Shown here: piece by piece, positions 25,874 through 39,127 of the stretch | Numbering within the stretch: the first letter of the stretch is position 1 | Layout: every line of letters begins with the position of its first letter | NCBI RefSeq assembly: GCF_006345805.1 | Contig: NC_043017.1 | Location: forward strand, 20,584,001 to 20,648,000 | DNA from: Octopus sinensis | Lineage: Eukaryota | Direction: 5' to 3' | Length of the DNA stretch: 64,000 nt | The notes under the pieces: generated by a model | Told to the model about the DNA's origin: nothing | Database searches by the model: none | The model's input: the letters and a program-made list of their open reading frames with translations, nothing else | Made by a program: the position numbers and the translations under genes

Positions 25874-26096
25874 TTTCTTTATTACCGACAAGGGGCTAAA
25901 CATAGAGGGGACAAACAAGGACAGACATAGGTATTAAGTCGATTACATCGACTCCAGTGCGTAACTGGTACTTAATTTATCGACCCCGAAAGGATGAAAG
26001 GCAAAGTCGACCTCGGCGGAATTTGAACTCACAACGTAACGGCAGCCGAAATACCGCTAAGCATTTCGCCCGATGTGCTAACGTTTCTGCCAGCTG
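25874..26096 (-). mobile_element. SINE family C, full length
   Basis: Reverse complement of 45148-45372. Confidence 0.8.
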
Positions 26097-26605
26097 AAAT
26101 ACTGCTAAGCGTTTTGCCTGATGTGCTAACAATTTTGCTTGCTCACCACCTTACGCATAGAATTAGTATTACAAATCGATACAAGCAGATATGAAAAATA
26201 GATAAATAAATAAATAAATAAGCTAAAAGAATAAAATAAAATGAATAGAAATTCAATAATTATCTATTTGTAATCCGTTCTGAAAACTGTACCAGTTTAT
26301 CTAAAATTATTGAACAATCGACAGAAATATTCATCAAAAGTTATCTAAATGGTTGAAATGTGTTTAAGCCTGTGTTTACATTTTCACTGATATTGATGTT
26401 GTTGCATTCTGTTATGTCCCATTACTTTGTAGTTTGGCAAACAGAGATCAATAAAGCAAGTACCAGTAGGTGCAGACATGGCTCTAAGAGCAGAAATGGT
26501 GGTGTGGTTTGCAACCATCGACCATGTTGCTTTGGTTTCAGTCCCACATCTTTTTACTGATTTCAGTCACTTGACTGTAGCCATGCTGGAGCACCACCTT
26601 GAAAG

Positions 26606-26646
<41 letters not shown>

Positions 26647-26649
<3 letters not shown>

Positions 26650-26912
26650 TCATCATCATTTAGCGTCCGCTTTCCATGCTAGCATAGGTTGGACGGTTCA
26701 ACTGGGGTCTGGGAAGCCAGGAGGCTGCACCAGGCTCTAGTCTGATCTGGCAGTGTTTCTACGGCTAGATGCCCTTCCTAATGCCAACCACTCCGTGAGT
26801 GTAGTGGGTGCTTTTTATGTGCCACTGGCACAGGTGCCAGACGGGGCTGGCAAACGGCCATGGTCGGATGGTGCTTTTTCGTGCCACCGGCACGGGGGCC
26901 AGGCGAGGCTAT
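26647..26912 (-). mobile_element. SINE-like repeat, family B
   Basis: Same family as 6993-7232. Confidence 0.75.
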
Positions 26913-27229
26913 ATATATATATATATATTATATATATATATATAATATATATATATATGTATGTATGTATGTATGTGCAGGCGTGGCTGTGTAGTAAGAA
27001 TTGTGTTTCTAAACCACAAGGTTCAGTCCTGCTGCATGGTACCATGGACAAATGCTTTCTGCTATAACCTTGGACTAAGTAAAGCCTTGTATGAGTAGGT
27101 TTGGTCCATGGAAACTGAAAGAAACCTGTTGATTGTATATATAGATAGATATAAATATATATATATATATATGTGTATGTGTATAGACACTAATAAAGGA
27201 GGGCCTTGAATATGCTAAAATAGGTAATC

Positions 27230-27620
27230 ATTTTATCATAGTTTCAGCTTGAGAGCTGCAGCCATGCTGGGGCACTGCCATTAGCTTTGCTACACTTTCT
27301 CTACTTGAACCCTCCTCCGATGTGTGGCATCTGGTGACTAAGGGTGTTTGATGTTGCTGTTCTCCTTTGCATTTCCTATCCATGAGGTAGGTTAAACCAG
27401 AACTCATGGCAGGAGGTGGTCCAGTTTTGTTTTGAAGTCCCCTGCATCTACCCCACGTAGGTCTCTCTGGATTTTTGGGAGGATATTGAAAAGCTGTGGG
27501 CCTCTGAAACCCAAGCTGTTGCAGTATTTGATCTTGTATCTTGATGGTAATGTTGGGATGTTTGGCAGTATGTAGTGGCACTCTGCCCAACTCTTCATAA
27601 AACTTACATAAATTGAGATT
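27230..27620 (-). mobile_element. CR1/L2-group LINE 3' end
   Basis: CNSLGFRGPQLFNILPKIQRDLRGVDAGDFKTKLDHLL fits the GPxLFNxLP..FKxxLD C-terminal ORF2 motif of the CR1/L2 group; the 3' UTR ends in a stem-loop shared with SINE A. Confidence 0.7.
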
Positions 27621-27639
27621 ATCCCATTTATTAGTAAAC

Positions 27640-28836
27640 AAAATTAAGTGCGAAAATTATGAAGAATTTAGTATTAAATAAGTTTGCAATTATTAATCTG
27701 GTGCTTGAAACATAAATTAATATGGAATTTTAATGGAATCTTTTAATTTAGATCACTTTAAAGCAGGAAATTTGTGTTATAGAACCAGAAATGGTTTCAG
27801 GTGTGTTGGTATCAAAAGGGTTAGGAACCTTGTTGTTTTGCAGGATTTCAAAGCAGAAGTTTGGTTCAAATGGTTGCCATTATGTAAAAACCTTAGGAAG
27901 AGCAACTATTTAACCCTTTTGTTACCATATATCTGTGGAAATGCTCCATGTTTGAATTAATTTGGAAAATGATAAAGGATTTTTAGCAAAATATCTTTGG
28001 TCTTATTAAGATGGAGTTTGGAATCCGAATTAACATGACATTTTGATGGCAGGTTTTAATACAGTCCACTTTAAGACAGACAATTTGTATTACAGAACCA
28101 GAGGTGGTCTCAGATAGGTTGATATCAAAATGGTTAAATAATGCTTGTAAGTTGGCAGGCAGAGAACCAGAAGGTCTGGTTCACATGTTTGCCATTCTGT
28201 AAAAAAATAGAGAAGGATACAATCCTTTTTAATCCTTCGGTTACCGAATTTCTATGAAAATGCACTACCTTTGCTACAGTCAATTTTGAAAATAATGAAG
28301 AATTTAGGGAATAGAGAAGAACTTAAGCCATCATTAAGCTGGTATTTGGAATATTTTAATTTTTAATTCATAGGCGCAGGAGTGGCTGTGTGGTAAGTAG
28401 CTTGCTTGCCAACTACATGGTTCCGGGTTCAGTCCCACTGTGTGACATCTTGGGCAAGTGTCTTCTGCTATAGCCCCGGGTCAACCAATGCCTTGTGAGT
28501 AGATTTGGTAGACGGAAACTGAAAGAATTCTGTCGTATATATATATATATATGTATGTGTTTGTGAGTCTGTGTTTGTCCCCCTAGCATTGCTTGACAAC
28601 CGATGCTGGTGTGTTTATGTCGCTGTCACTTAGCGGTTCAGCAAAAGAGACCAATAGAATAAGGACTGGGCTTACCAAGAATAAGTCCCGGGGTCGATTT
28701 GCTCGACTAAAGGCGGTGCTCCAGCATGGCCGCAGTCAAATGACTGAAACAAGTAAAAGAGTAAAAAAGAGAGTATCACTCTAAATTGAGGAATTTACAT
28801 CATATAACTCAGGTGAATTGGTATCGAAAGGGTTAA
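27640..28836. mobile_element. Tandem array of TTAA-CCCTTT...AAAGGG-TTAA (piggyBac-like) MITE units with a conserved spacer; third unit interrupted by SINE A
   Basis: Complete unit 27910-28137 (ttaacccttttgttacc...gatatcaaaatggttaa); related units at 27640-27825 and 28229-28836; spacers at about 27826-27909 and 28138-28228. Confidence 0.7.
28373..28772 (+). mobile_element. SINE family A, full length
   Basis: ggcgcaggagtggctgtgtgg head through gtaaaagag tail. Confidence 0.85.
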
Positions 28837-29159
28837 AGACACAACAAAATTTTTTGGCACACACATACCACTTTTGGTATGTGTGCCATAAGATTACTCA
28901 GAACTGATTATTGGCTGAAGACATTCTTTTGCTTCATTCTTTGGTGACTAATAAGAAGGATGGTTCTTCTTAAGAAGAAGATGGTCTGGTAAACGGTTAG
29001 TTGAGCTTGGCGCAAATATTTAAGCTTCATAAGCCGTGTCTAGAATGGAGCAAATTGAGGAATGGTGCTATTGCATCATTTTGCAGGTGCATAGAAGGGC
29101 GCAGCGTCCAACAATCCATGAAATATGATTTTGCTGGTCATTGTGCATCATAATGTTTG

Positions 29160-30044
29160 TTATCCATCTCTGCCTCTACACACACACACACACACCACAC
29201 ACACACACACAGACATATAGACAATATAAATACATATACACACATATATATATTTATATATATATACAGATACATCTATATATACATGCATATATACATA
29301 GACATATGTAGAGATATGTATCTATCTATCTATATGCACTCAGACGCAGATATGCATGCATAGACATATATATATGCATACACATTCTATACACATATAC
29401 AGATATATATGTACACATAAACAGATATATACACACACATATATGCAACACATATACATACATGCACATGCATATATATATAAACACACACATATATATA
29501 TACACACATATATACACATCAACAAATATACACACAAATATATATATATATACACACATATATACACATAAACAAATATACGCACATATATATATATACA
29601 CAGATATATACACATAAACAAATATACGCACAAATATATATATACATATACACATATGTATATATTTACACACACAAGAATATATGCGCCTTCCTTCTAC
29701 GTAATATTCTGCAAATTATTCTCCCATGATTCAACTCCCAATGAATTGATGATGAAAACACAGAAAGATGCAGGGTTTTTTTTTGTTGAAGTCACTGAAG
29801 CCATAAGCTTGACCAACCATGAAAATTTTATGTCATCATGTATGTGGGCATGCGTGTGGATATGTGTGTATATGTGTGTGTGTGTGTGGGTATGTGTGTG
29901 TGGGAATGTGTGTGTGGGTATGTGTGTGTGGGTATGTGTGTGTGGGTATGTGTGTATATATGTGTGTTTGTATGTGTGAGAGTGGGTATGTGTGTGTGTA
30001 TGTGTGTGTACTTATGTATGCATGTGTGTGCTTGTGTATGTGTA

Positions 30045-30082
<38 letters not shown>

Positions 30083-30300
30083 GGTATGTGTGTGTGCTTG
30101 TGTATGTGTGTGTGCATGTGTATATTTGTGTGCATGTGTATGTGTGTGTATGTGTGTGTGTTATGCATGCATTTGTGTGTGTGTAGGTATGTGTGTGTGT
30201 ATGTGTGTGAGTGTGTATGGTATGTATGTGTGCATATGTGTGTGTTTGTGTGTGTGTTGCTATGTGTGTGTGTGTGTGTGTACATGTGTGTATTCCATTT
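29160..30300. repeat. (TA/CA)n and (TG)n microsatellite tracts
   Basis: Directly visible at about 29160-29680 and 29840-30300. Confidence 0.9.
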
Positions 30301-30539
30301 GTATATTTGTTTGTTTGTTTTATGATATAACTTTGTTGTCTCATCATTGTGTTGTCGTGTTTGTCGTCTTCCTCCGCTCCATCCGGCTGCGTCAAAGATG
30401 CAGCAGACATGGAAACGTAACACTACGCCCGGCATCGGATGAAGTAATTCCCGACTGTTAAACTGCCGAAAATCACTGCATGTGAAATGCATCCACGGGA
30501 AACCAAGAGCAGCACGCATATAGAGTTTTAATTAAGTAA

Positions 30540-30780
30540 CATCACAACAACAACAACAACAACAGCCATGATGATGATGATAATAATAATGATGATGATG
30601 ATGATGATTATGATGATGATGATGATGATAATAATGATGATGATGATGATGATGGTAATAACAATAATAACAATAATAATAATAATAATTATAATATAAT
30701 AATAATAATAATAATATAATAATAATAATAATAATAACGATGATAATAATAACAATAATAACGATGATAATAATAATAAT

Positions 30781-30828
<48 letters not shown>

Positions 30829-30893
30829 CCCTTCTATCAAAGGTACAAAGCCTGAAATTTGGGAGGAGGGGGGAGAGGAGGAGGAGAATAATA

Positions 30894-30925
<32 letters not shown>

Positions 30926-30982
30926 TCCCTTCTATCAAAGGTACAAAGCCTGAATTTGGGAGGAGGGGGGAGAGGAGGAGGA

Positions 30983-31024
<42 letters not shown>

Positions 31025-31080
31025 GAAGAAGAAGAAGAAGAAGAAGAACAACAACAACAACAACAACAACAACAAACATG
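30540..31080. repeat. (AAT)n/(GAT)n/(AAG)n tract containing a tandemly duplicated SINE C tail fragment
   Basis: cccttctatcaaaggtacaaagcctgaa..gggagaggaggaggag occurs twice (about 30828 and 30926). Confidence 0.85.
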
Positions 31081-31435
31081 GGAGAAATACGCCAAAAAAT
31101 AACCCTAATGGTCTCAGTTTACAGAGAGAACTATCACCTTAACTTTTATGATTTTACATCATTTTTACTGAGCATTCATGGGCACAGGTTATTTTGTAAA
31201 AATCTGTCCTATTGCTTCCTGACATCATCTAATCATCCAATGAAATCAAGAACATCACATCCGTTAAGTAATTCAGGTGTCCGGGTGGCACCCGATGGAT
31301 AATCTGTCTATTCAGCAAATATCAAGGGAAAATTTTCGTAACAATAATAATAATAATATTGTTGTATTTCGGAAGGGTCATTTTGCCAGTCTACTACTAC
31401 TACTACTACTGCTACTGCTGCTGCTGCTGCTGCTG

Positions 31436-31497
<62 letters not shown>

Positions 31498-31498
31498 T

Positions 31499-31534
<36 letters not shown>

Positions 31535-33352
31535 ATAATAATAATAATAATATAAATGAATAAAAGAGTGATTGCTGGAATGAAAACCTTTATGTTCTTA
31601 CAAACGACTGAGAAACATCGATTTAGTCACAGACTTCTAAACAAGTTTGGAATTATGATGACGAAAAAGACAATGATGAAGATGATAATGATGATGATGC
31701 TGCTATTGTTTAAAAGACAGTTTAGTCTTGACTGAACAGATATATGATCAAAAGCATTCCAGCTATGACCATCCCATCTTTTATTGAAGAGACAGAATGT
31801 TCTAAGACTATGTTATCCGATGTGTCATTTTAGGAAGACATTAGAGTTTGGCTCGAGAGCAACTTAACTGCTATTTTTAGCATGGCAAATGATGACACAG
31901 AGTCCCTTTGCTTTCTGTCCCTTCTTTTCTTCCAAAGTAAAGTAATTTTAATCAAGTACTGAGTATTCTATCAACAGTATTTGTTTATGCTGAGGTCCCT
32001 GCTAACCTTAAAAGATTCAGTTGAACAAATCAATCTCAGGAAATTTTTAAAAGGGTGGTTCTTATTTTATCAGTCTCTCTTTTAGCCAAAACCATTACAA
32101 GGACGTAAACAAACCAGAACTGGTTGGGGACAAACACAAATACACACATGCACACACGCACAAACACACACACACACACAAGTGTAAAAAACATACGCAC
32201 ATACAAACATATATCTACATGTAAATATACATATATATATATTCACATACATAAATAAATATATATATGCACATATATATATACATACATACACATATAT
32301 TGATATATGTGAAACTTGATATATGAAACAAGTAAAGAAGTAAACGAGTAATTGTAAAAAAAGAGTAAAAGAGTAATTGTCTTGTTTGCAAACACCATCA
32401 CCAAAGTCTTGGAACTACAATTGAATTAATGCATGATTAATTCAAAAGAATGCAAGTGAACAAGCTGTGCATTTGACAGAGTAATCTGAATGCGAAAGAG
32501 TTAACAGAGTTTCCTTGCTGCCAAATCAGAACATGTGGTGTTGTTTTCAATCAAGACGTAAAGCATGGAATAATCAGAGATGAAGATGTGTAACTGGCAG
32601 CTGAATGCTTGATCAATGAAATTGGCTATTTATCGTTTATAGATCTCTACGCTCAAAAATCCAGGTTGATCAGGGTTAGACAACAACAGTTATGACCCTA
32701 ATTAATATAATTCCAGTTAGCAATATGACTGCAAATCGATAAAGATGATGGGGAAATCAATAGACAGGTTTCTTTCTGTCAGCCTTCCGCAAGATAAAAA
32801 TTTAGAAATATCAGACATTTAAAAAAGCAAAAAAAAAGCTAAACAAAACTGAAAAAAAAAAAATGAAAGAAAACAAAAATCGTTTATTGAATATAGACAA
32901 ATTGGTTTGAGGATAATTTAAATCAAATGGAATTCTAACCTGAGAAACATATCAATTTATGAGAGAAACTCCAGACAGCTGATAAAGAAGTTCTGTGTTG
33001 AAGAATTGGTATTAAATCTATAATTGCAGAAAAGAAATCAACAAAAAATACCAAAGTATTTCTCATGCAATGATGATTAATTCAAATTGATTCCACTTTC
33101 CTCTTTTATTTATGAGAGAAATTAGATTTTCGATGCCGTCTAATTAGTTTCCAGTCTCGTTGGTATCTTGTTGTTGCTAGGTTGATCTTGCTTTTTTGTG
33201 TTTGTTTGTTTTATTTGTTATTCTTTTTTTTTTTTAATGTCTTGGTGAGAAATAAGGAAATAAGATCAGATCATCAATGATGCTTAATGAGGATGATAAC
33301 ACACTTCTGGAAAGTATAGAGAAATTTGGAAATTTGGGTGGAGTGAAATGTA

Positions 33353-33408
<56 letters not shown>

Positions 33409-33409
33409 C

Positions 33410-33459
<50 letters not shown>

Positions 33460-33576
33460 CATATTCATCATATACATATATATATATATTCATCATATAC
33501 ATATATATATATATTCATCATATACATATGCACATATGCATATATATATATATATAGATATATATATATATATATT

Positions 33577-33609
<33 letters not shown>

Positions 33610-34654
33610 TCATCATATACATACACACACACATACACACATATATATATATTAATATACATATGCTCTGCAGAAATACAGTGATATAAAGTAACAGGCA
33701 CATTATATATGTGATGAACATTTTCATTTGCAACATATATGATAACAAATAATAATAATAATAATAACAACACACAATATATAACAATCTAAATATGTCT
33801 AAATGGCTAAAATGACTATACAACTATAATATATATATATATTATATATATATATATTATATATATATATATATATATGTATATATTAATGTATATATAT
33901 GTGTTTATATTTACATAATTGGTCTTTTGTTAGGAAATTCCATGTTATGGCAAGTATTTCTGGAATGCAACTTTCCCCTAATGCAGGTGATGTCTGCATT
34001 CAACCCTTTAATTACCGCATTTCTGTTGAAATTCCCTGTCTTTGTTTCAGTAAATTTTGGAAACAATGAAGAACTAACTAAATAACTTTGTCCTTATTAA
34101 GCTGGTGTTTGGAATATAAATCAACACGAAATTTCGATTGACGGCTACTTAATTAAGGGGTAGTATCAATCTGGTTGGTATCGAAAGGGTTAAAAAGTTT
34201 GTATGTTGACATGCAGGGAGTCTGGTCTTGTTCAAATGTTTATCATTCTATAAAAAGCAGAGGAGGTTCCACTTATCAATTCTGACTTAAACCCTTTCAT
34301 TGCCATATTTTAATTCAAATATATTGGTCTTTGTTTCAATTAGTTTTAAGAATAATGAAAAATTTAGCCAAAAAAATGTTGCCATTTATTAAGCTGGTGT
34401 AAGGCAGTGTGCTGGCAGAATCGTTGGCTTGCTGGATGAAATGCTTAGCAGTATTTTGTTTGTTTTCATGTTCTGAGTTCAAATTCCACCGATTCCACTG
34501 AGTTCAAATTCTCCAGTTGAGCCCTGAGGTTGATGTAATCAACAAGCCTGCTCCAGCAAAATTCAGGCCTTGTGCCTAAAGTAGAAGGGATCGTTGTTGT
34601 TGTTGTTATTAATAACATCGTAAAGGTACCAATCTGGCAGAACCATTAGCATGA

Positions 34655-35062
34655 GGTGCAGGAGTGGCTGTGTGGTAAGTAGCTTGCTTACCTACCACAT
34701 GGTTCCAGGTTCAGTCCCACTGCATGGCATCTTGGGCAAGTGTCTTCTGCTATAGCCTTGGGCCAACCAATGCCTTGTGAGTGGATTTGGTAGACGGAAA
34801 CTAAAAGAAGCCTGTCGTATATATGTATGTGTGTATATGTTTGTGTGTCTGTGTTTTGTCCCCCTAGCATTGCTTGACAACCCGATGCTGCTGTGTTTAC
34901 GTCCCCGTCACTTAGCGGTTCGGCAAAAGAGACCGATAGAATAAGTACTGAGCTTACAAAGAATAAGTCCCAGGGTCGATTTCCTCGACTAAAGGCGGTG
35001 CTCCAGCATGGCCACAGTTAAATGACTGAAACAAGTAAAAGAGTAAAAGAGAAAGAGAGAGA
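34655..35062 (+). mobile_element. SINE family A, full length
   Basis: Matches 3518-3925. Confidence 0.85.
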
Positions 35063-35333
35063 GTATGTCAGACAAAATGCTTAGCAGCATTTCACCTATG
35101 TTTACGTTCTCAGATCAAATTACACCGAGGTCGACTTTGCTTTTTATCCATTTGGGGTCAATAAAATAAATGCCAGCCAAGCACTGGAGTCAAAGTAATC
35201 AACTCCCCCACCACCACTGAACTTACTGGCCTTAATTCAAAATTTGGAACAGGTATCAACCTGGTGTTTGGAACATAAATTAACATGAAATATTGATGAT
35301 GGATTTTCATTTCGATCACTTTAAAACAAGAAA

Positions 35334-35765
35334 GGAGTGCCTGTGTGGGAAGTAGCTTGCTTCCCAACCACATGGTTCCGGGTTCAGTTCCACTGCTTGG
35401 CACCTTGGGCAAGTGTCCTTCTACTATAGCCTCAGGTCGACCAAAGCCTTGTGATTGGATTTGGTAGACCAACTGAAGAAAGCCCGTCGTATATTGCATA
35501 TGTATATATATATATTTAATATATATATATATATATATATTGTGTGTATGTGTGGTTTGTGTTTGTCCCCCCCCCCCCAACATCGCTTGACAACTGATGC
35601 TGGTGTGTTGTACCGCCCCTGTAACTTAGCGGTTCAGCAAAAGAGACCGATAGAATATGTACTAGGCTTACAAAGAATAAGTCCTGGGGTCGATTTGCTC
35701 GACTAAAGGTGGTGTTCCAGCATGGCCGCAGTCAAATGACTGAAACAAGTAAATGAGTAAAAGAG
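35334..35765 (+). mobile_element. SINE family A, full length
   Basis: Matches 3518-3925. Confidence 0.85.
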
Positions 35766-37109
35766 TAATTGTAAAACCTGAAGCAGCCCAGGGCAGTTTG
35801 GTAACAAAACGGTTGAGGAAGTTTTAAGTCGGCAGACAGAGAAACAGTGGTCCAGTTTATGTGTTTGCCATTCTGAAAAATGGTAGAGAAGGATCCACTT
35901 AACAACTCCTGCTTAAATAGTTTCTCCATACACACACAAGCATGTTCACTTTCCAGACATTTCTACATTACTGCATGTACTTTATATGCACTTTCTGACA
36001 AGTTGTGGTGCACCTGAGCACTGTATACAATAATTTCATTATTATTTTAATTTTTTTTATTTTTACCGTAGTTCTGTTGAAATGCACCACTTTTTGTTTC
36101 AAATAATTTTGAAGATAAAAATTTAGTAAAATAATTTTGTTTGCATTAAACTTGTGCTTGAGGCGTAATTGCTAAACGAACATGAAATTTCTGTGGGAGG
36201 TTTTAATTTAGAAAAGTTTTAAAACAGGAAGTTTGTATCATAGAACTGTGGGCGGTCTCCGGGAGGTAAGTATATAAAGAGTGAAAGCTTGTAAATTGGT
36301 AGGCAGGGAACCAAAGATCTGGTTGAAATGTTCAGTTCAAAAAGGTTAAACCATTATAATTAAAAAAATAAAAATAAAAATAAAAATGAGCAAAAAAAAA
36401 ATATACAGCAGAACTAGTAGGAAGTACAACTATACTAAACACCGAAACTACTTTTGTTGTGTTTAAAACATTCATGTTAACATAACTGAGGGTTGTTGTA
36501 TTACAATCTCTAAATGATTACTAAAAGGTACTTTTTGCTTTATTATGTTACTAAATGCATCTCCTCCAAATCTGGCAAGAAGCCTGCTGTTATATGAATG
36601 ACCATATTGCTGCTTGCCAGGAAAATTAGGGGGGAAAATAAAATTAGTTAACAAAATTCCCTGGGCCTAATATTGGCTTTTTAGATGGAGTATTCCCTAT
36701 CGTAAAATTTGTGTTGCTAGCAATGGAAATGAAGCCTTGTTGATAAAATGAAGACTTCGTTACTATTAAAAATATAGATAGAGAATTACCAGAGGAAAAT
36801 GTTGATTGGAACCAGATTGCCTCAGGTGCTATGCAGAAAAAGAACTGTGATGGTGAAATAAATATTAAGAAAGCAAGATTACAAAAATCTCAGAAAATTC
36901 CCAGTTGAATAGGCTAATTATAAAATGATTTCTAAATCAGGAGAATGGAAACCTTATATAGAATTAAGAACTAGATTGGTAAAAATAAGTATACGCAGCT
37001 AGCAGACAATATATTTGATACAGAAATATCAGAGCTGGGTTATACTTAGAGTCAATATAGAAATTTTTTTCTCATTTATTCCGTTATATTTGGTAAATCA
37101 GAATGGTTT

Positions 37110-37258
37110 TTGTATAAATCAGATGGTGAAGATGCCAACGACCGCTTTGTTCAAAGCCTCCCTGGACCTCAAGTGGCCTGAACTCTTTACATGAACACCA
37201 CCCTGTACTTAACTCCATGTCCCCCTACATGGCCTTGCTATTTGCTTTTGAGCCAAAT

Positions 37259-37289
<31 letters not shown>

Positions 37290-37290
37290 A
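37110..37290 (+). mobile_element. CR1-type LINE 3' end with (TAAC)n tail
   Basis: Homologous to about 57915-58075 (ggcctgaactcttt..catgaacaccaccctgtac..ttttgagccaaa), followed by (taac)n. Confidence 0.75.
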
Positions 37291-38249
37291 TCAATCCTCA
37301 ACAAGTAGATGTGATTGATATTTCTGTGCCTGCATTCTTTGGTTTGTCCCTTTTATGCCCGTTGTCAGATAGTACCCAACTTATGGCTGTACCCAACTGT
37401 TATTGAGTGCTGCTGATTGGTTCATAACTGGGGCCCATATAAGGTTTTGTTGTTAAAATTTATCCTCAATAAACTGGTTTTATTTCTACTAAACACAAAA
37501 TATTTTAACCATTCTTTTATACAATTCCTAATAATCTTTAACTATAAAAATACTAAAAGATTTTTAAAACAGCAAATGGCTAGGAGGGTCCACCCAAGTA
37601 AAATAAGAACCAAAAGAGTCCATAGACAAAAAAAACATTTAATATAATTTCTTTAACAAAATTATTGTTTATTGTATAATTAAATATATCGAACATTTAA
37701 TGTATTAATTATTTTTAAATGTCATTTAATAATATCAATTAAAACTATACACAATAATGAATTCTCCATCTCAGTATTATAAATAAACATTAAATCCACA
37801 AGAAATGAAATCAATTGTAAATGAATTTACAATGAATTTACAATCTACTAATTTTGACCACCTCATACAGAATTTTACCAAATTTGTTAAATATTTTGGA
37901 AAATCTATGAATTCATTCAAAAATTTTTATGGAAAAAAAAAATGTAATAGGAAATATCTTTATTCTTGAAAATCAGAAGCCATTACACCAAATATAATAA
38001 AATTGCTTACATCTTATTGCAATTGTATTAAACTAATTTAATTCTAACTAGCAGAGTTTTTTGAAATTTTAAATACTAATCTTGAAAACCTAATAAAGAA
38101 ATTTTTGTTTTGCTAATTTTAAATGCTTCATAAAACCTAAGCTTTAACTCTTTAACTGTGAAATTAAATTTCATAGTTATTCCCAAAAGAATATATACCA
38201 AAAGGTAAACAACAAGATAATATAGAAAGTAAATTTGGTCTTTTACTTA

Positions 38250-38470
38250 ACCCTTTAGCATTCAGATTATTCTATCGAATGCAATGATTTGTTATTCACA
38301 TGGTTTTGAATTAATCATGCGTTATCTTGTAGCTTTGAGGTTTCAATGATGCGATTGTTTATTTTCAGAATGACAATATAAGGAAGCAGTGAAAGGCTGG
38401 ATCTGGCCAGTTTGAACAGAAAACACGTAGAATATTTGAGCTGGATATGGCTGGTGTAAACCCTGAAGGC
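38250..38470 (+). mobile_element. Second TTAA-CCCTTT MITE family
   Basis: Begins ttaaccctttagcattcagatt; a reverse-orientation partial copy ends at about 32505 (..aatctgaatgcgaaagagttaa). Confidence 0.55.
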
Positions 38471-38840
38471 TTGATGGCATGTCAGTTTTGGTGAATTTTT
38501 AAATCCTTAGATTACCTCCCTTACTCACATGCAGCAGTTCATAATTATTCCCATTCACTAGAAGCAGAAATAATTTTATGAAATCCTAAATTTATGTTGC
38601 CTAGTATTTGACTTACTGATATTTGTCTATATCATATATATATTTGTTAAAACTCATCCCACCCATGTACGAGTCTTTTTTGTGCCCACCATGATTGACC
38701 ACTAACTCCAAAAGTTTCTTATTCTCTCTCTGTTTATTCTGCCGTCTGTCTAGCTAAAACAATATGAAGAGCATTGTGACAAACAATGTATAACAATATC
38801 TGATAATACTATATTTTAGAGATGAGGAATTCTGCACACT

Positions 38841-38991
38841 ATTTACATTGGATGGATATTTGTCCTCATCTTTTTTGTTGTAATCACAACGTTTTTGGCT
38901 GATTTACTCTCCACCCTTCATCAGGTGTCCTGGTAGAATTCTGAACCCAGCCCTGGGTTCTCATTCCTAAGGTATTTTTTTGCTGATGTTA
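38841..38991 (-). mobile_element. Penelope-pLTR-like repeat, family P1, with hammerhead-like core (left arm)
   Basis: Minus strand reads ggacac-CTGATGA-agggtggagagtaaatcagcc-AAAAA-cgtt-gtg. Confidence 0.65.
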
Positions 38992-39061
38992 TATTATGGG
39001 TATTATAGCGTTATGGTTAAGAGTGCAAGTTCAATTCCAGGCAGTGCCTTGAATAAATAAA

Positions 39062-39125
<64 letters not shown>

Positions 39126-39127
39126 TA

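Larger units (their letters stand above)
33999..36350. mobile_element. Old TTAA-MITE tandem array broken up by younger SINE A, SINE C and LINE-tail insertions
   Basis: Unit 33999-34194, spacer, unit starting at 34288 and resuming at about 35260 and 35768, spacer 35819-35900, unit about 36060-36285, partial spacer. Confidence 0.65.

Noticed and set aside
28856-28888. Short hairpin ggcacacacatacca-cttt-tggtatgtgtgcc
   Set aside because: Too short for a pre-miRNA and built partly from CA/TG repeat.
30350-30530. GC/CpG-richer island between microsatellites, with MSAASLTQPDGAEEDDKHD on the minus strand
   Set aside because: No strong splice signals, and the frame runs into (CA)n.
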